Source of the DNA: Alphaproteobacteria bacterium
Lineage (GTDB): Bacteria > Pseudomonadota > Alphaproteobacteria > MPNO01
Direction of reading: 5' to 3'
NCBI GenBank assembly: GCA_965248835.1
Contig: CBDFLJ010000002.1
Location: 2,368,001 to 2,432,000 of the forward strand
DNA length: 64,000 nt
The position numbers were made by a program, and so were the translations under genes. The notes under the pieces are model-generated. The model was not told the origin of the DNA. It did not search any database and saw only the letters and a program-made list of their open reading frames with translations. Below, piece after piece: positions 1-10,104 of this stretch (positions are counted from its first letter, which is position 1; each line of letters starts with the position of its first letter).

Positions 1-1268
1 ATCGCCAGGTAGTTGACCCCGAAGGCACCGCCCAGGGTGCGCAGGAAGTTGCTCGCGCCGGACCCCTGGCTGACCAGCTCCGGCGGCAGGACGTGGAGGC
101 TGGCCGCCGACAGCGGCGGAAAGACCAGCGACAGGCCGACGCGGCTGAGAACGAGCCACCATGCAAACAGCCAGAACGGCGTGTCCACGTCCGCGCCGAC
201 CATCAGATAGCTGGCATAGCCGAGCATCAGCAATCCGGTGATCATGAACGCGCGGGTCCCGCCCAGATCGGTCAACCGACCGACGATCGGAAAGGCGACG
301 GCCATGGCCAGGCCGGCGGGGATCTGCAGCAGGCCCGACCGGGTCGGCGTGTAGCCTTGGACGAGCTGGACGAACAAGGGCGAGATATAGAGCGATCCGT
401 ACAGGGCCAGGCCGAATACGAACGACACGAAGGCGCAGGCGCAGAACTTGTAGGATGTGAACAGCCGCAGGTTGAGCAGCGGCGCCGGTGTCGACAACTC
501 CCAGATCACGAATCCCACAAACCCTGCCATGGAGGCCAGCAAGTAGGCGGCGATCCCATCGGAGTACCAACCGTCGCGGGGACCGTTGGTCAGGCCGACC
601 ATCAGACAGACGATGAACACCAGCAAAAACGCGAACCCGATCCAATCGAAACCGACAGCCTCCACGCGTCGATCCCGCGGCGGGATCGCGAATAGCGCCA
701 TGACCGAGGCGCACAGGCAGAACGGGACCGGAATGACCATGACCGAGTGCCAGCTCAGGGCGTCCACCGCCAGCCCGCCGACATAGGGCCCGACCGCCGG
801 TGCCAGGATGACGCCGAGACCGTAAATGCCCATCGCCTTGCCGCGTTCGTTCGCGGGAAAGATCTGAAACATCGTCAGCATGGCGAGCGGCTGGATGATC
901 CCGGCGGCGGCCCCTTGCAGGACACGACCTAAAATCAGGACCTCGATGCTGGTCGCGGTCCCGCCGATGAACGATCCCGCTACGAACACCGCCATGGCCG
1001 ACAGATAGGTCATGCGTCGGCCGATGCGCCGAATGCTCCAGTCGGCCAACAGCATCGCGCTGGTCGTCGCCGCCAGATAGCCCGACGACAGCCACTGCGC
1101 CTTGTCCTGACCGATGCCGAAGGCACCCATGATGTCGGGGATCGCGACATTGATGATGGTCGCGGTCAGGATCATCGCGATGGATCCGATCGAGACCGTC
1201 GCCGCGACGAGCCAGCGATTGGCGAACGCGCCGGGTTCAGCGGTCGTCGCGGCGCGAAGGGATGACAA
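1..1268 (-). CDS. DHA2/EmrB-family MFS efflux permease, 3' end beyond window
   Basis: Manual minus-strand translation RWLVAATVSIGSIAMILTATIINVAIPDIMGAFGIGQDKAQWLSSGY; follows HlyD gene; TTG start at 1268 uncertain. Confidence 0.85.
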   Translation of the reverse strand, partial: MSSLRAATTAEPGAFANRWLVAATVSIGSIAMILTATIINVAIPDIMGAFGIGQDKAQWLSSGYLAATTSAMLLADWSIRRIGRRMTYLSAMAVFVAGSFIGGTATSIEVLILGRVLQGAAAGIIQPLAMLTMFQIFPANERGKAMGIYGLGVILAPAVGPYVGGLAVDALSWHSVMVIPVPFCLCASVMALFAIPPRDRRVEAVGFDWIGFAFLLVFIVCLMVGLTNGPRDGWYSDGIAAYLLASMAGFVGFVIWELSTPAPLLNLRLFTSYKFCACAFVSFVFGLALYGSLYISPLFVQLVQGYTPTRSGLLQIPAGLAMAVAFPIVGRLTDLGGTRAFMITGLLMLGYASYLMVGADVDTPFWLFAWWLVLSRVGLSLVFPPLSAASLHVLPPELVSQGSGASNFLRTLGGAFGVNYLA

Positions 1269-2358
1269 TCTCGATCTCCACCATCATCCCGGGTGCCAGC
1301 GACAGCCCGTCACGCTCGATGGCGATCTTCACCGGGATCCGCTGCGAGATCTTGGTGAAATTCCCGCTCGGATTCGGACTGCGAAGAAGCGCAAACTGGC
1401 TTGTCGCGGCATTGCCGATCCGCACGACCTTGCCCGGGATGGAGCGGCCGGGATAGGCATCGACCATAACCTCGACGGGCGCGCCGACTTCGATGTGGCG
1501 CAGATCGGTCTCGCGGACGTTGGCATTGACCCAGACGTTCGCCGGGTCGTGGATCAACACCAGCCGTTGACCGGCCCTGACATACTCGCCGGCATCGACG
1601 AACGTCTGATCCACCAGACCGTTTATCGGGCTGACGATCGTCCGGTCATCGACCTCCAGCCGCTGTTGCTCGACTTGGGCCGCGACCCGCCTGGCCTCCG
1701 CGCGCAAGCGGTCGATCTGCCGGTTCAACACCGATACCTGCTTCAGGGCGGCCTTGGCTTCGGACAATTGCGCCTCGCGCGCCGCCAGCTCGGCGATCGC
1801 CTGGCTTTGCCGGTCGCGGGAGTCGCGCAAGGCTGCCTCGGCGGTCTCCAAGCGCTGCTGGGGCACGATCTTCCGGCCTGCCAGCGACCGGGTGCGCCGA
1901 TGTTCCGACGACAACAGATCGACCCGCGTCTTGGCGGCCTTGACGGCCGATCGGCCGGCGTTCACCCGGTGCCTCTGGGCATCGATCCGGTGCCGGGTCT
2001 GGCTCCGGATCATCGAGATCTCGGCTTCGGTCATTTTCTGCTCGGCCTCGATCTCGTCGATGCGCGCCTTGAGCTCCTCCAGCTTGTGCCTGGCGTCGCG
2101 CGCATCGACGTGGACCAGCACGCTGCCGGTGCGGATTCTGTCGCCCTGTTCGACATTGAGCTCGACGACCCAGCCGGCGACGCGGCTGCTGATCGAGACC
2201 ATGTCGGAGGCAATCCGCGCGTCGGTCTCGAACACGTGGCCCGCCCGGTGCTCGACCCACTGCGCCCCCCAATAGGCCCCGGCGCCGAGCGCAACCACGG
2301 CGACCGATGCGCGCAGGCGGAGGCGCGACCGCCGCGCGCGGCCCGGCCCCTCAGTCAT
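1237..2358 (-). CDS. HlyD/EmrA-family membrane fusion protein
   Basis: N-terminal TM, ISSRVAGWV lipoyl half-motif, coiled coil, GNFTKISQRIPVKI. Confidence 0.9.
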   Translation of the reverse strand: MTEGPGRARRSRLRLRASVAVVALGAGAYWGAQWVEHRAGHVFETDARIASDMVSISSRVAGWVVELNVEQGDRIRTGSVLVHVDARDARHKLEELKARIDEIEAEQKMTEAEISMIRSQTRHRIDAQRHRVNAGRSAVKAAKTRVDLLSSEHRRTRSLAGRKIVPQQRLETAEAALRDSRDRQSQAIAELAAREAQLSEAKAALKQVSVLNRQIDRLRAEARRVAAQVEQQRLEVDDRTIVSPINGLVDQTFVDAGEYVRAGQRLVLIHDPANVWVNANVRETDLRHIEVGAPVEVMVDAYPGRSIPGKVVRIGNAATSQFALLRSPNPSGNFTKISQRIPVKIAIERDGLSLAPGMMVEIEIVIPSRRDDR

Positions 2359-2809
2359 CTTTCGCGTCCAGTCGTTCGGCGTTGCGCTTGATGCATTCGA
2401 AGACATCCAGGCACGTCGCCAACTGGTCTTCGCCGATTCCGTCGAGCAGCTCCAGGCGCACGCGGTCGGCGACGCCCTGAATGCCGAGAACGCGGTTCCG
2501 GCCGACCCCGGTCAGATGGATGATCCTGCCCCGCCGATCGCCGGGCGAGACCTGGCGCTCCAGCAGCCCCTCGGATTCGAGCAGATCCAACAGACGGACC
2601 AGGCTGGGCCCTTCGATCCCGATCGCGACGGCCAAGTCCTTTTGCTGGATACCGTCGGCGGCCCGGGACACGAAAAACAGCGTCCGCCACGTCGCCTGCG
2701 AGAATCCTTCCGGGCGCAGCCTCGCATCGAGGAGACGGCGCCACTTGTGAGCCATCTCGACGAACACGAGCCCGAACGCGGCGACCAGCCGATCGCGATT
2801 GCCTGCCAT
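2351..2809 (-). CDS. MarR/SlyA-family transcriptional regulator
   Basis: QKDLAVAIGIEGPSLVRLLDLLE...DRR winged-helix motif. Confidence 0.92.
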   Translation of the reverse strand: MAGNRDRLVAAFGLVFVEMAHKWRRLLDARLRPEGFSQATWRTLFFVSRAADGIQQKDLAVAIGIEGPSLVRLLDLLESEGLLERQVSPGDRRGRIIHLTGVGRNRVLGIQGVADRVRLELLDGIGEDQLATCLDVFECIKRNAERLDAKDD

Positions 2810-2858
2810 TAGATATGCATCCTAATAAATAGCGTACTATCAAAATCGACGCTGTCAA
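2808..2858 (-). promoter_or_regulatory. Putative sigma70 promoter and MarR-type palindromic operators
   Basis: Minus-strand TTGACA (2858-2853)-N16-TACGCT; imperfect palindromes ATTAG-N9-CTAAT and ATAGCGTACTAT just upstream of the marR ATG. Confidence 0.5.
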
Positions 2859-3270
2859 CCGAGGTGCGGGCCGGGAACGGATTGATCACACCAACCTGGT
2901 CGCAATGCGCTCCAGAACCCGCGGCGGGGCACGAGTTTGAAGCCCGGCTCGTCGTCGAGGCGGCGCACGACCTCGATGACGAGGTCGAGGAAGGCGGCCT
3001 TGTCCATGAGCTGGGTCCGATCGTAGTCGCCGTCGGCGAACAAGTGCTTGACCCACGGCCAACGCTTGCGGATGCCCTCCTGGATCATCTGGGCGCCGGA
3101 GCTGTCGGAGATATCGGCCGGGGTGAGGTTGACCATCAGCAGGCGGCCGTCGGTGTCCACCACCACATGCCGCTTGCGCCCGACCGTCTTCTTGGCCGCA
3201 TCGTAGCCCCGCTTCGCGCCCGGCGCGGGAGCCTTGAGCGTCTGGCTGCCGATGACCCCGGCCCCCATGG
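2855..3270 (-). pseudogene. IS5-family transposase C-terminal fragment
   Basis: GYDAAKKTVGRKRHVVVDTDG...FADGDYD; no N-terminus, degenerate C-terminus. Confidence 0.85.
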
Positions 3271-3352
3271 GAATCCCCGTTCTCAAACGGACACCAAGGC
3301 CCGGAATAGCGGCTCCAGTCGACGACGTTGTTGTCCTGCAGGGCCTACAAAT

Positions 3353-3610
3353 TCAATTTGAAGGCGCTGAAAGAAAATTTCGAACGGCTCTGTTAAATTC
3401 TGCCGGTTGCTCAATGTTCGAGATGTGACCTGCTTGGGCGAGCTCGATGAATTGCGAGCCGCGCACCGCCTCGCGCATCTTGCGCATCACATCGGTGGGG
3501 ACCCCGGCGTCTTTTCCGCCGGCGATGAACAGCATTGGAGCGCCGATCTCTTGAAGCCTCTGCTGGTGGTCGAGACCCAGCAAGGCGCGCACGCAGCCAA
3601 CGTAACCTGC
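3353..3610 (-). pseudogene. Alpha/beta hydrolase (PcaD-like) C-terminal fragment
   Basis: PMLFIAGGKD...AGHISNIEQPAEFN; nucleophile-bearing N-terminal part absent. Confidence 0.75.
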
Positions 3611-3748
3611 GGCCGCAGGTGACCCTCAGCGGACGCTGCCTATCGGGCCGCCATCTTCCGAGTCCAGGCCTTAGGAGACATAGCTGTCAGGTATATCGGG
3701 CACACAAGTGCGGTCGCGCTGTTCAAGCTCGATCTGGACTGACCGGGT

Positions 3749-5089
3749 TCAGCCGAGCGCGGCCTCGACCCCCGCGGCGAGGCGGAGCAGGGCGCGGTCG
3801 CCCATCCGCTCGCCCATCAGCATGAGGCCAACCGGCGCCTCGCCTGCGGCTTGGCAGGGCAGCGTGATCGCGCAGCGGCCGAGGAAGTTCGCCACGACCG
3901 TGTTGCGGAGGATCAGCGCGTTCGCCGCCATCCACCGATCCCGGTCTTCGGTGAAGTCCGTGATCGGCGGGGCTATGATCGGCACCGTCGGCATCGCCAC
4001 CGCATCGTAGTCGGCGGTAACCCGGTCGGCGCGTTTGGAAAGCGCCGCGCGGCCCTCGAGCATGGCGATGTAGTCGGCCGCGGTGATCTTGGCACCGCCC
4101 CGCAGACGCTCGGCGATCATCGCGTCGCAGAGATGGCCCCGGCTCTCCAGCAGCTCGCGGTGCAAGGCATAGCCCTCGGCGATCGGGATCGTGCCATGCC
4201 GGTGGATGCCGGCGATCTCGTTGAGTTCGGGAAAGTCGATCTCGACGATCTGTGCGCCGGCCGCCGACAGCCGCGCGAGCGCGCTCTGGAAGGCCGCCGA
4301 GACCGCCTCGTCGAGGTCGTCCAGGGCCAGGCTATCGGGCACGGCGATCTTGGCGTGTGCCACCGGGGCAGGCCGCAGCGGGGAAGGCGCTGTGCCGGCG
4401 AAGACCGCATCGAGCGACGCGCAGCAGGCGACCGACCGCGCCAGGGGACCCACCGAGTCCAAAGTGAACGAGAGCGGAAAGACGCCCTCGGTCGGGATGC
4501 GCCCGACGGTCGGTTTGAAACCGACGAGGCCGCAGAGGCCGGCTGGCACGCGGATCGAGCCGGCGGTATCGGTGCCGAGCGCCGCCGCCGCCATGCCATC
4601 GGTCACCGACACCGCGGCGCCGGCGGACGACCCGCCGGGGATCCGCCCGGTGGCGCGGTCCCACGGGTTCCTGGGCGTGCCGTAATGTGGGTTGACGCCG
4701 ACGACGCCCAAGGCGAACTCGTTTATGTTTGTGGTGCCGACGATGACCGCGCCGGCGGCGCGGAGCCGCGCGACAACAGCGGCGTCGGCCGCCGCCGGCG
4801 GGCGGTGCTCCAGCGCCCTGGAGCCGGCGAGCGTGGTGTAGCCCGCGACATCGCAGAGGTCCTTCACCGAGATCGGGATACCGGCGAGCGGCGAGGGCAC
4901 GATTCCGTGTCCGCGCATCGCATCGCTCGCCTCGGCGGTGGCTGTCGCCGCGTCCTTGAAAAGGTGGATAAAGCTGCGCCCGCCCTCACCGTTCGGCTCC
5001 TCGATGCGCTCGAACGCCTCGGCGACGAGCCGGACGCTGGTCGTGCGCCCGCCCGCAAGCGCGTCCGCGATTTCTTGCAGCGTGTTCAT
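3749..5089 (-). CDS. Amidase-signature family amidase
   Basis: ISVKD, PGGSSAG, GTDTAGSIR (Lys-Ser-Ser triad); start MNTLQEI chosen by length. Confidence 0.92.
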   Translation of the reverse strand: MNTLQEIADALAGGRTTSVRLVAEAFERIEEPNGEGGRSFIHLFKDAATATAEASDAMRGHGIVPSPLAGIPISVKDLCDVAGYTTLAGSRALEHRPPAAADAAVVARLRAAGAVIVGTTNINEFALGVVGVNPHYGTPRNPWDRATGRIPGGSSAGAAVSVTDGMAAAALGTDTAGSIRVPAGLCGLVGFKPTVGRIPTEGVFPLSFTLDSVGPLARSVACCASLDAVFAGTAPSPLRPAPVAHAKIAVPDSLALDDLDEAVSAAFQSALARLSAAGAQIVEIDFPELNEIAGIHRHGTIPIAEGYALHRELLESRGHLCDAMIAERLRGGAKITAADYIAMLEGRAALSKRADRVTADYDAVAMPTVPIIAPPITDFTEDRDRWMAANALILRNTVVANFLGRCAITLPCQAAGEAPVGLMLMGERMGDRALLRLAAGVEAALG

Positions 5090-5186
5090 CGTCCGCCTGT
5101 CGCCGGCAGGGATTTTCAACCAGGCCTCAGCTGTCCGAGACAGTATGTGCGCCGTCGCTGGGTCCCCGGTTGATGTCATTCTACTA

Positions 5187-5255
5187 GCTTTGAGCCGGAG
5201 TCCAACGCCGTTTTACAAGGTTCTGTGCCTCGACCATTGGACCCTGGCTCAAAGC
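5187..5255. repeat. 69-bp intergenic inverted repeat (19-bp arms, 17/19 match)
   Basis: GCTTTGAGCCGGAGTCCAA (5187-5205) and TTGGACCCTGGCTCAAAGC (5237-5255). Confidence 0.8.
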
Positions 5256-5489
5256 CGGGGTGACCATTATTGCCATGGATGACGGCCAAGGCAAATTTAT
5301 GGAAACAAGGGCGAAGGGCCCGCCGGCGACTCTCCGGCCCGCAGGACGCGGGCGTCGACAAAGAAAGTCGCGGCTCAGTAGTCCAGCTTTTCAGGCGCTT
5401 CGCGTTTCCTCGATCACGAAATTGTCGCCCTTCACTTGCTAGAACTTGAGAGAGCATAGTTCTTCGATCCGGCAGCCGGTCCAAATGCC

Positions 5490-5625
5490 AAGCTCCCTAC
5501 CCTCAGTCGTTCTCGGAACGGCCGATCCCACTTTAGGTGCCTTTCACTCCTCATAGCCTCTTTCCTGCTCTGGTATCGCTCAGCGTACAGCAGCCTCCAT
5601 TCCCCGACTCTGGTCGATTGGTCCC
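5490..5625 (-). pseudogene. GIY-YIG nuclease (UPF0213-like) C-terminal remnant
   Basis: STRVGEWRLLYAERYQSRKEAMRSERHLKWDRPFR. Confidence 0.6.
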
Positions 5626-5780
5626 GATGCCGTTGTTGTCGCCGATCGCCGCGACATGCCGCCATCAACCGCCGAAACAAGACGCTCACGCAAATCAATC
5701 GAAAGAGATTTCGCCATCCCGGCTGGCCTCCTTCACCAGCCCACATCTTGAATCAGATAAAACGAACCGTGGGAATCTGG
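5626..5780 (-). mobile_element. IS630-family left-end remnant with orfA stub
   Basis: MAKSLSIDLRERLVSAVDGGMSRRS from ATG 5717, preceded by an IS630-like leader GATTCCC...TGATTCAAGATG...GGAGGCCAGC. Confidence 0.7.
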
Positions 5781-6132
5781 AGGGTTCTGTGAGGTCGCGC
5801 CGCTCGAACGGCGGAGGATGGCGCGGGACGCGACCTGATTGAAGCCGGATTGAACGAAGCCGCGGGATGGCGGGCGGGCTATGGGGATTGTGGCTGCGGC
5901 GCCTGGTCCGAGAGGCCGGAATGGACCGGTGGCATGTCTGACGGATCGGCCTCATCGAGTGGGTGGCGGCCGGGTCTGGGATGCCGGTCCGGACGACGGG
6001 CTGCGGCTTCACTTCGGCGGCTACGATTGTGGCGTCGTGCGAGGCGGGCAGCGTCGCGGGATAGACCGGCTCGGTATCCGACGTGCAGGGTGCTGGGCAT
6101 TTGTGGTCCGGTGCTGTCCGACGGGCGGAGTG

Positions 6133-7311
6133 TCATGAGCTGTCCTGCCAGAAGGATGGCCGGCATGGCTCCGGCCGGGGCAGGATGGTGAGGATGATCA
6201 TGGTGCCGTTGCAGCACGGGCAGCGGTCGGGCGGGTGAGCCGGGACGGTGTCCCTGGCCTGCTCGGCGGCCGGTTGCGGTGGCGGGGCGTCGAGCAGTTT
6301 GCGGCAAAGCGCGAGCTTCGCCGCGCGGTGTCCGTTGGCGAGGAAGCCGTAGTGGCGGATGCGATGGAAGCCGTCCGGCAGGGTGTGCAGTAGAAAGCGG
6401 CGGATGAACTCGTCTGCGTCCAGGGTCATGACCTTCGTCTTGCCATGGTGGCGATAGTCCTTCCAGCGGAAGGCGACCTCGTCATCGGTTACGCCGACCA
6501 ACCGGGAGTTGGCGATCGCGACCCGATGGGTGTAGCGGCCGAGATAGGCGAAGACCTGCTCGGGGCCGCCGAAGGGCGGCTTGGCGTATACGACCCATTC
6601 GAGGCGACGCAACTCGCGGAGGCGGCTAATGAAGGCCTCAGGATCCGCGAGCCCGGCGAGCGCGCCAAAGAAGCCCAGACCGCCGGCCTCGAAGGCGGCG
6701 TGCAGTGCGTCGAGGAACAGGCGGCGGAAGAGGCGCGAGAGCACGCGGACCGGCAGGAAGAACCCCGGCCGGCACGGCACCCAGCGCGAGCCATCTGGAG
6801 ATGGGCCGCCGCCCGGCACGACGCAATGGACATGCGGATGATGGTGCAGGGTCTGGCCCCAGGTATGGAGCACGGCGACGAGGCCGATCTCGGCGCCGAG
6901 ATGCTTCGGGTCGGCGGCGATCCTGCGCAGCGTCTCGGCGGCGGTTCGGAACAGGACGGCGTAGACCGTCTCCTTGTTCTGGAAGGCGATCTCGGCCACC
7001 GGTGCGGGCAGCGTGAACACGACGTGGAAGTACGGCGCCGCCAGCAGCTCGGCCTGCCGGGCCTCGAGCCATGCGGCACGCGCCTGTCCCTGGCACTTCG
7101 GACAGTGCCGGTTGCGGCAGGAGTTATAGGAATGACGTATGAGGCCGCAATCGGAGCAGAACTCGGTGTGGCCGCCCAGCGCCGCCGTCCGGCACAGCGC
7201 GATGGCGCTCATCACCCGCCGCTCGACGCGGCCCAAATGACCATCGTGCGCGCGGCGATAGGCGTCGCCGTGGCGGCGCAAGACGTCCGCCACTTCTAGA
7301 CCGGCCGACAT
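6133..7311 (-). CDS. IS91-family transposase
   Basis: Zn finger YNSCRNRHCPKC, HPHVH (HUH), YLGRY (Y2), RIRHYG. Confidence 0.95.
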   Translation of the reverse strand: MSAGLEVADVLRRHGDAYRRAHDGHLGRVERRVMSAIALCRTAALGGHTEFCSDCGLIRHSYNSCRNRHCPKCQGQARAAWLEARQAELLAAPYFHVVFTLPAPVAEIAFQNKETVYAVLFRTAAETLRRIAADPKHLGAEIGLVAVLHTWGQTLHHHPHVHCVVPGGGPSPDGSRWVPCRPGFFLPVRVLSRLFRRLFLDALHAAFEAGGLGFFGALAGLADPEAFISRLRELRRLEWVVYAKPPFGGPEQVFAYLGRYTHRVAIANSRLVGVTDDEVAFRWKDYRHHGKTKVMTLDADEFIRRFLLHTLPDGFHRIRHYGFLANGHRAAKLALCRKLLDAPPPQPAAEQARDTVPAHPPDRCPCCNGTMIILTILPRPEPCRPSFWQDSS

Positions 7312-7320
7312 GGCGCCGGA

Positions 7321-8181
7321 TCAGACGGGTGGCACCACCTCCAGCGTCAGTCGGTCGAGCGGGCTCTCCGTCCGCCCGATGAGGCGGTTCGAGACCCGCG
7401 TGTAGCGCGCCGTGCTCGACAGGTTGGCGTGCCCCAGCAGGACCTGGATAATGCGGATGTCGGTGCCGCTCTCCAGCAGGTGCGTCGCGAAGCTGTGGCG
7501 CAGCGTGTGCACCGTGACCCGCTTGGCCAGGCCGGCCGCGGCACGGGCCGATCGGCAAGCGGCATGTAACACCTGGACGTCGATCGGCTTGGTCTCGTCC
7601 CGGCCGGGAAACAGCCAATGCTCGGGCCGGGCGAGACGCCAGTAGGTGCGCAGGATGCCGAGCAACTGCGCCGACAACATCACGGTGCGATCCTTGCCGC
7701 CCTTGCCGTGCTCGACCCGGATGACCATCCGGCCGCTGTCGATATCGGCCACCCTGAGCCTCACCACCTCGGACGCGCGCAGCCCGGCGGCATAAGCCGT
7801 CGTCAGCGCGGCACGGGCCTTCAAGCTCGGCACCGCCTCCAGAAACCGCACGACTTCGTCGGCATTCAGCACCACCGGCAGCTTGCGCGGCGCGCGCGCG
7901 TAGGGGATGCGCTCGGGGATCTCGCCGTGGTCGAGCGTGACGCCATAGAAGAACCGTAAGGCGCAGACCGTCTGGTTCAGCGCCGGCCACGAGATGCCGA
8001 TCGAGACCAGGTGGACCTGGAAGGCACGCACGTCCTCCAGACCCAGCCGATCCGGCGAGCGGCCGAAATACCGGCTGAACTTCGCGACCGCGTGCAGGTA
8101 GGATCGTTGCGTCGCCGGCGACAGATTGCGGACCGTCATGTCCTCGGTCATGCGCCGGCGTAGAGGGCTCATCTCGGCCAT
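7321..8181 (-). CDS. Site-specific tyrosine recombinase
   Basis: GLRASE, GKGGKDR, HTLRHSFATHLLE, LLGH, TARY. Confidence 0.95.
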   Translation of the reverse strand: MAEMSPLRRRMTEDMTVRNLSPATQRSYLHAVAKFSRYFGRSPDRLGLEDVRAFQVHLVSIGISWPALNQTVCALRFFYGVTLDHGEIPERIPYARAPRKLPVVLNADEVVRFLEAVPSLKARAALTTAYAAGLRASEVVRLRVADIDSGRMVIRVEHGKGGKDRTVMLSAQLLGILRTYWRLARPEHWLFPGRDETKPIDVQVLHAACRSARAAAGLAKRVTVHTLRHSFATHLLESGTDIRIIQVLLGHANLSSTARYTRVSNRLIGRTESPLDRLTLEVVPPV

Positions 8182-8403
8182 CGGGGGGCTCCTGTCTGGA
8201 AGGTCGGGCTTCAACAACCGCAATCCTCTCAGACCGGAGACCTTCCCCCTATCCGCCCACTCCTGTCCCGCGACAGCGGGTTCGTTCAATCCCGCACGAT
8301 TCTATATGACCGAAAATTGCTCAGATCTGTGGTCCAGCCACAATAGGTCCGGTTGGCACTGCCAATTATGTAGACGAAGTAGGACATGGCCGACATTCGC
8401 CGA

Positions 8404-8467
8404 GGTTAGCTCGAAATTTGAACCCGCGACCTTCAGGTTTTGAGCCTGACGATGGGCTACAGGCTCC
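8404..8467 (-). pseudogene. Degenerate initiator tRNA-Met-like relic
   Basis: Minus strand TCGTCAGGCTCAAAACCTGAAGGTCGCGGGTTCAAAT resembles alphaproteobacterial tRNA-fMet anticodon and T arms; acceptor stem and D arm do not pair. Confidence 0.7.
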
Positions 8468-8488
8468 GATAGCGTCCCATCAACCAGG

Positions 8489-9889
8489 CTAGATTTGAGG
8501 CCGTCGTTCGAGCGTCGAGTGCGCGGCCTGGTACGCGTGGGCCGCCCGCAGCACAAGTTCGTCACCATGGATTGGTCCGACGATTTGCAGCCCGACCGGC
8601 AATCCTTGTTCGGTGAACCCGCAGGGCACTGTGATCGCGGGCTGTCCCGTCAAATTGAACGGATAGGTGAACGGCGACCACTGCAGCCAGTCCTCGGGAT
8701 CGTATCCGTCGGGCGAAAGCTGCCCCGCCGGGAACGCCGGAACCGCCAAGGTGGGCGTGAGCAGAATATCGAAACGTTCGTGAAACAGCCGGTTGGCCCG
8801 GCCGAGGGCGACGCGTTGGTCGACTGCCAGCTGAAACGCCGCCAGATCGGTCTCGCGCGCGGTTTCGAGGACGCGGGAAAGGCCGGGATCGAGCAGCGAA
8901 ATCTGATCCGGCCGCAGATCCCGCAACGCGTGCAAATTTCCGGCAAAGAAGTGCGTGCGGAAGCACTCGGTTGGGTCGGCGAACGGCGCGGCGACTTCCT
9001 CGACATGCGCCCCCAATTGTTCGAACGCGTGTGTCGCGGTCATGAACAGCCCCGCCACTTCCGGGTCGACCTCGGCGTAGCCGAGGGTTGGACTGAACGC
9101 GACGGACATCCCGCTGATACCGGCCTCGATCGAATCTGAATAACTGGTGTCCCGCCCTGGCAGGCAAAGCCAATCCCGGGCGTCGGGCGCGGATATGACG
9201 TCGAGGAGCAGCACGGAATCGCGAACGGTCCGGCAGATGGGACCAACATGGCTCAGGGTTCCGACGGCGCTCGGCGGATAGACCGGCACGCGACCGACCG
9301 TTGCCTTCATCGCGACGAGTCCGGTGAAGGCGCCCGGTATTCGGACCGAACCGCCGGCGTCAGTGCCGATCGCAGCGTGTCCAATGCCGGCCGCGAGCGC
9401 TGCCGCGGAACCACCGCTCGAACCTCCGGGGGTCATCCTGGTGTCCCAGGGATTACGTGTGATGCCGGACAGTGGCGAATCCGTCACGCCCTTCCAACCG
9501 AATTCCGGCGTGGTCGTCTTGCCAAGGATAACGGCGCCCTGCTCGCGGGCCCGTGCCACCGCCGGCGAATCTTCCGACCAATCCTGATCCGGGTCAACAG
9601 TTTTCGAGCCCCTGAGCGTTGGCCACCCCTTGGCCAGGACTTGGTCCTTAACGGTGATTGGAATGCCATCCAACGGTCCCAGCGGACTGCTCTCGCGCCA
9701 ACGCGCTTCGGCTTCGCGCGCCGCCGCGACCGCCTCCCCGGGCGCAAAATGACAGAACGCGTTGAGCTCCGGTTCCAGCCGGTCGACTCTATCAAGCGCG
9801 ATTTCGGTAACCTCGACGGGAGAGAGCGAGCCGCCTCGATACGCATCGATGACATCGACCACCGACAAATACGCAATATCCTCGTCCAT
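8489..9889 (-). CDS. Amidase-signature family amidase
   Basis: ITVKD, PGGSSGGS, GTDAGGSVR. Confidence 0.93.
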   Translation of the reverse strand: MDEDIAYLSVVDVIDAYRGGSLSPVEVTEIALDRVDRLEPELNAFCHFAPGEAVAAAREAEARWRESSPLGPLDGIPITVKDQVLAKGWPTLRGSKTVDPDQDWSEDSPAVARAREQGAVILGKTTTPEFGWKGVTDSPLSGITRNPWDTRMTPGGSSGGSAAALAAGIGHAAIGTDAGGSVRIPGAFTGLVAMKATVGRVPVYPPSAVGTLSHVGPICRTVRDSVLLLDVISAPDARDWLCLPGRDTSYSDSIEAGISGMSVAFSPTLGYAEVDPEVAGLFMTATHAFEQLGAHVEEVAAPFADPTECFRTHFFAGNLHALRDLRPDQISLLDPGLSRVLETARETDLAAFQLAVDQRVALGRANRLFHERFDILLTPTLAVPAFPAGQLSPDGYDPEDWLQWSPFTYPFNLTGQPAITVPCGFTEQGLPVGLQIVGPIHGDELVLRAAHAYQAAHSTLERRPQI

Positions 9890-10104
9890 GTTGGTTCCCT
9901 GGAGTTGGCGATCGGAAGGCGCTACTTGTTGTCATGCCAATTGTGGAGGCTCATGGCAATCTGTCGATTGGGAGGCGAGGCGGCGCTGATAATCCCGCTC
10001 GGCGGCGCGCTGGTCAGACCCGAGCCAACGCGCTGGCCGATCGACCGACCCCAGACGATCAACACCGCGATCGGCGAGGCTTTTCGCCACAGGGGCTATG
10101 TGCT

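Larger units (their letters stand above)
5781..8292 (-). mobile_element. Tyrosine-recombinase + IS91-type (Y2/HUH) transposase element
   Basis: Two co-oriented intact genes; 17-bp inverted repeat 5847-5863/8276-8292; hairpin AGGTCGCG(5792-5799)/CGCGACCT(5829-5836); ends approximate. Confidence 0.8.

Noticed and set aside
7321-8181. Integron integrase with cassette array
   Set aside because: No integron-specific insertion is evident and no attC series was seen; the gene is paired with a Y2 transposase.
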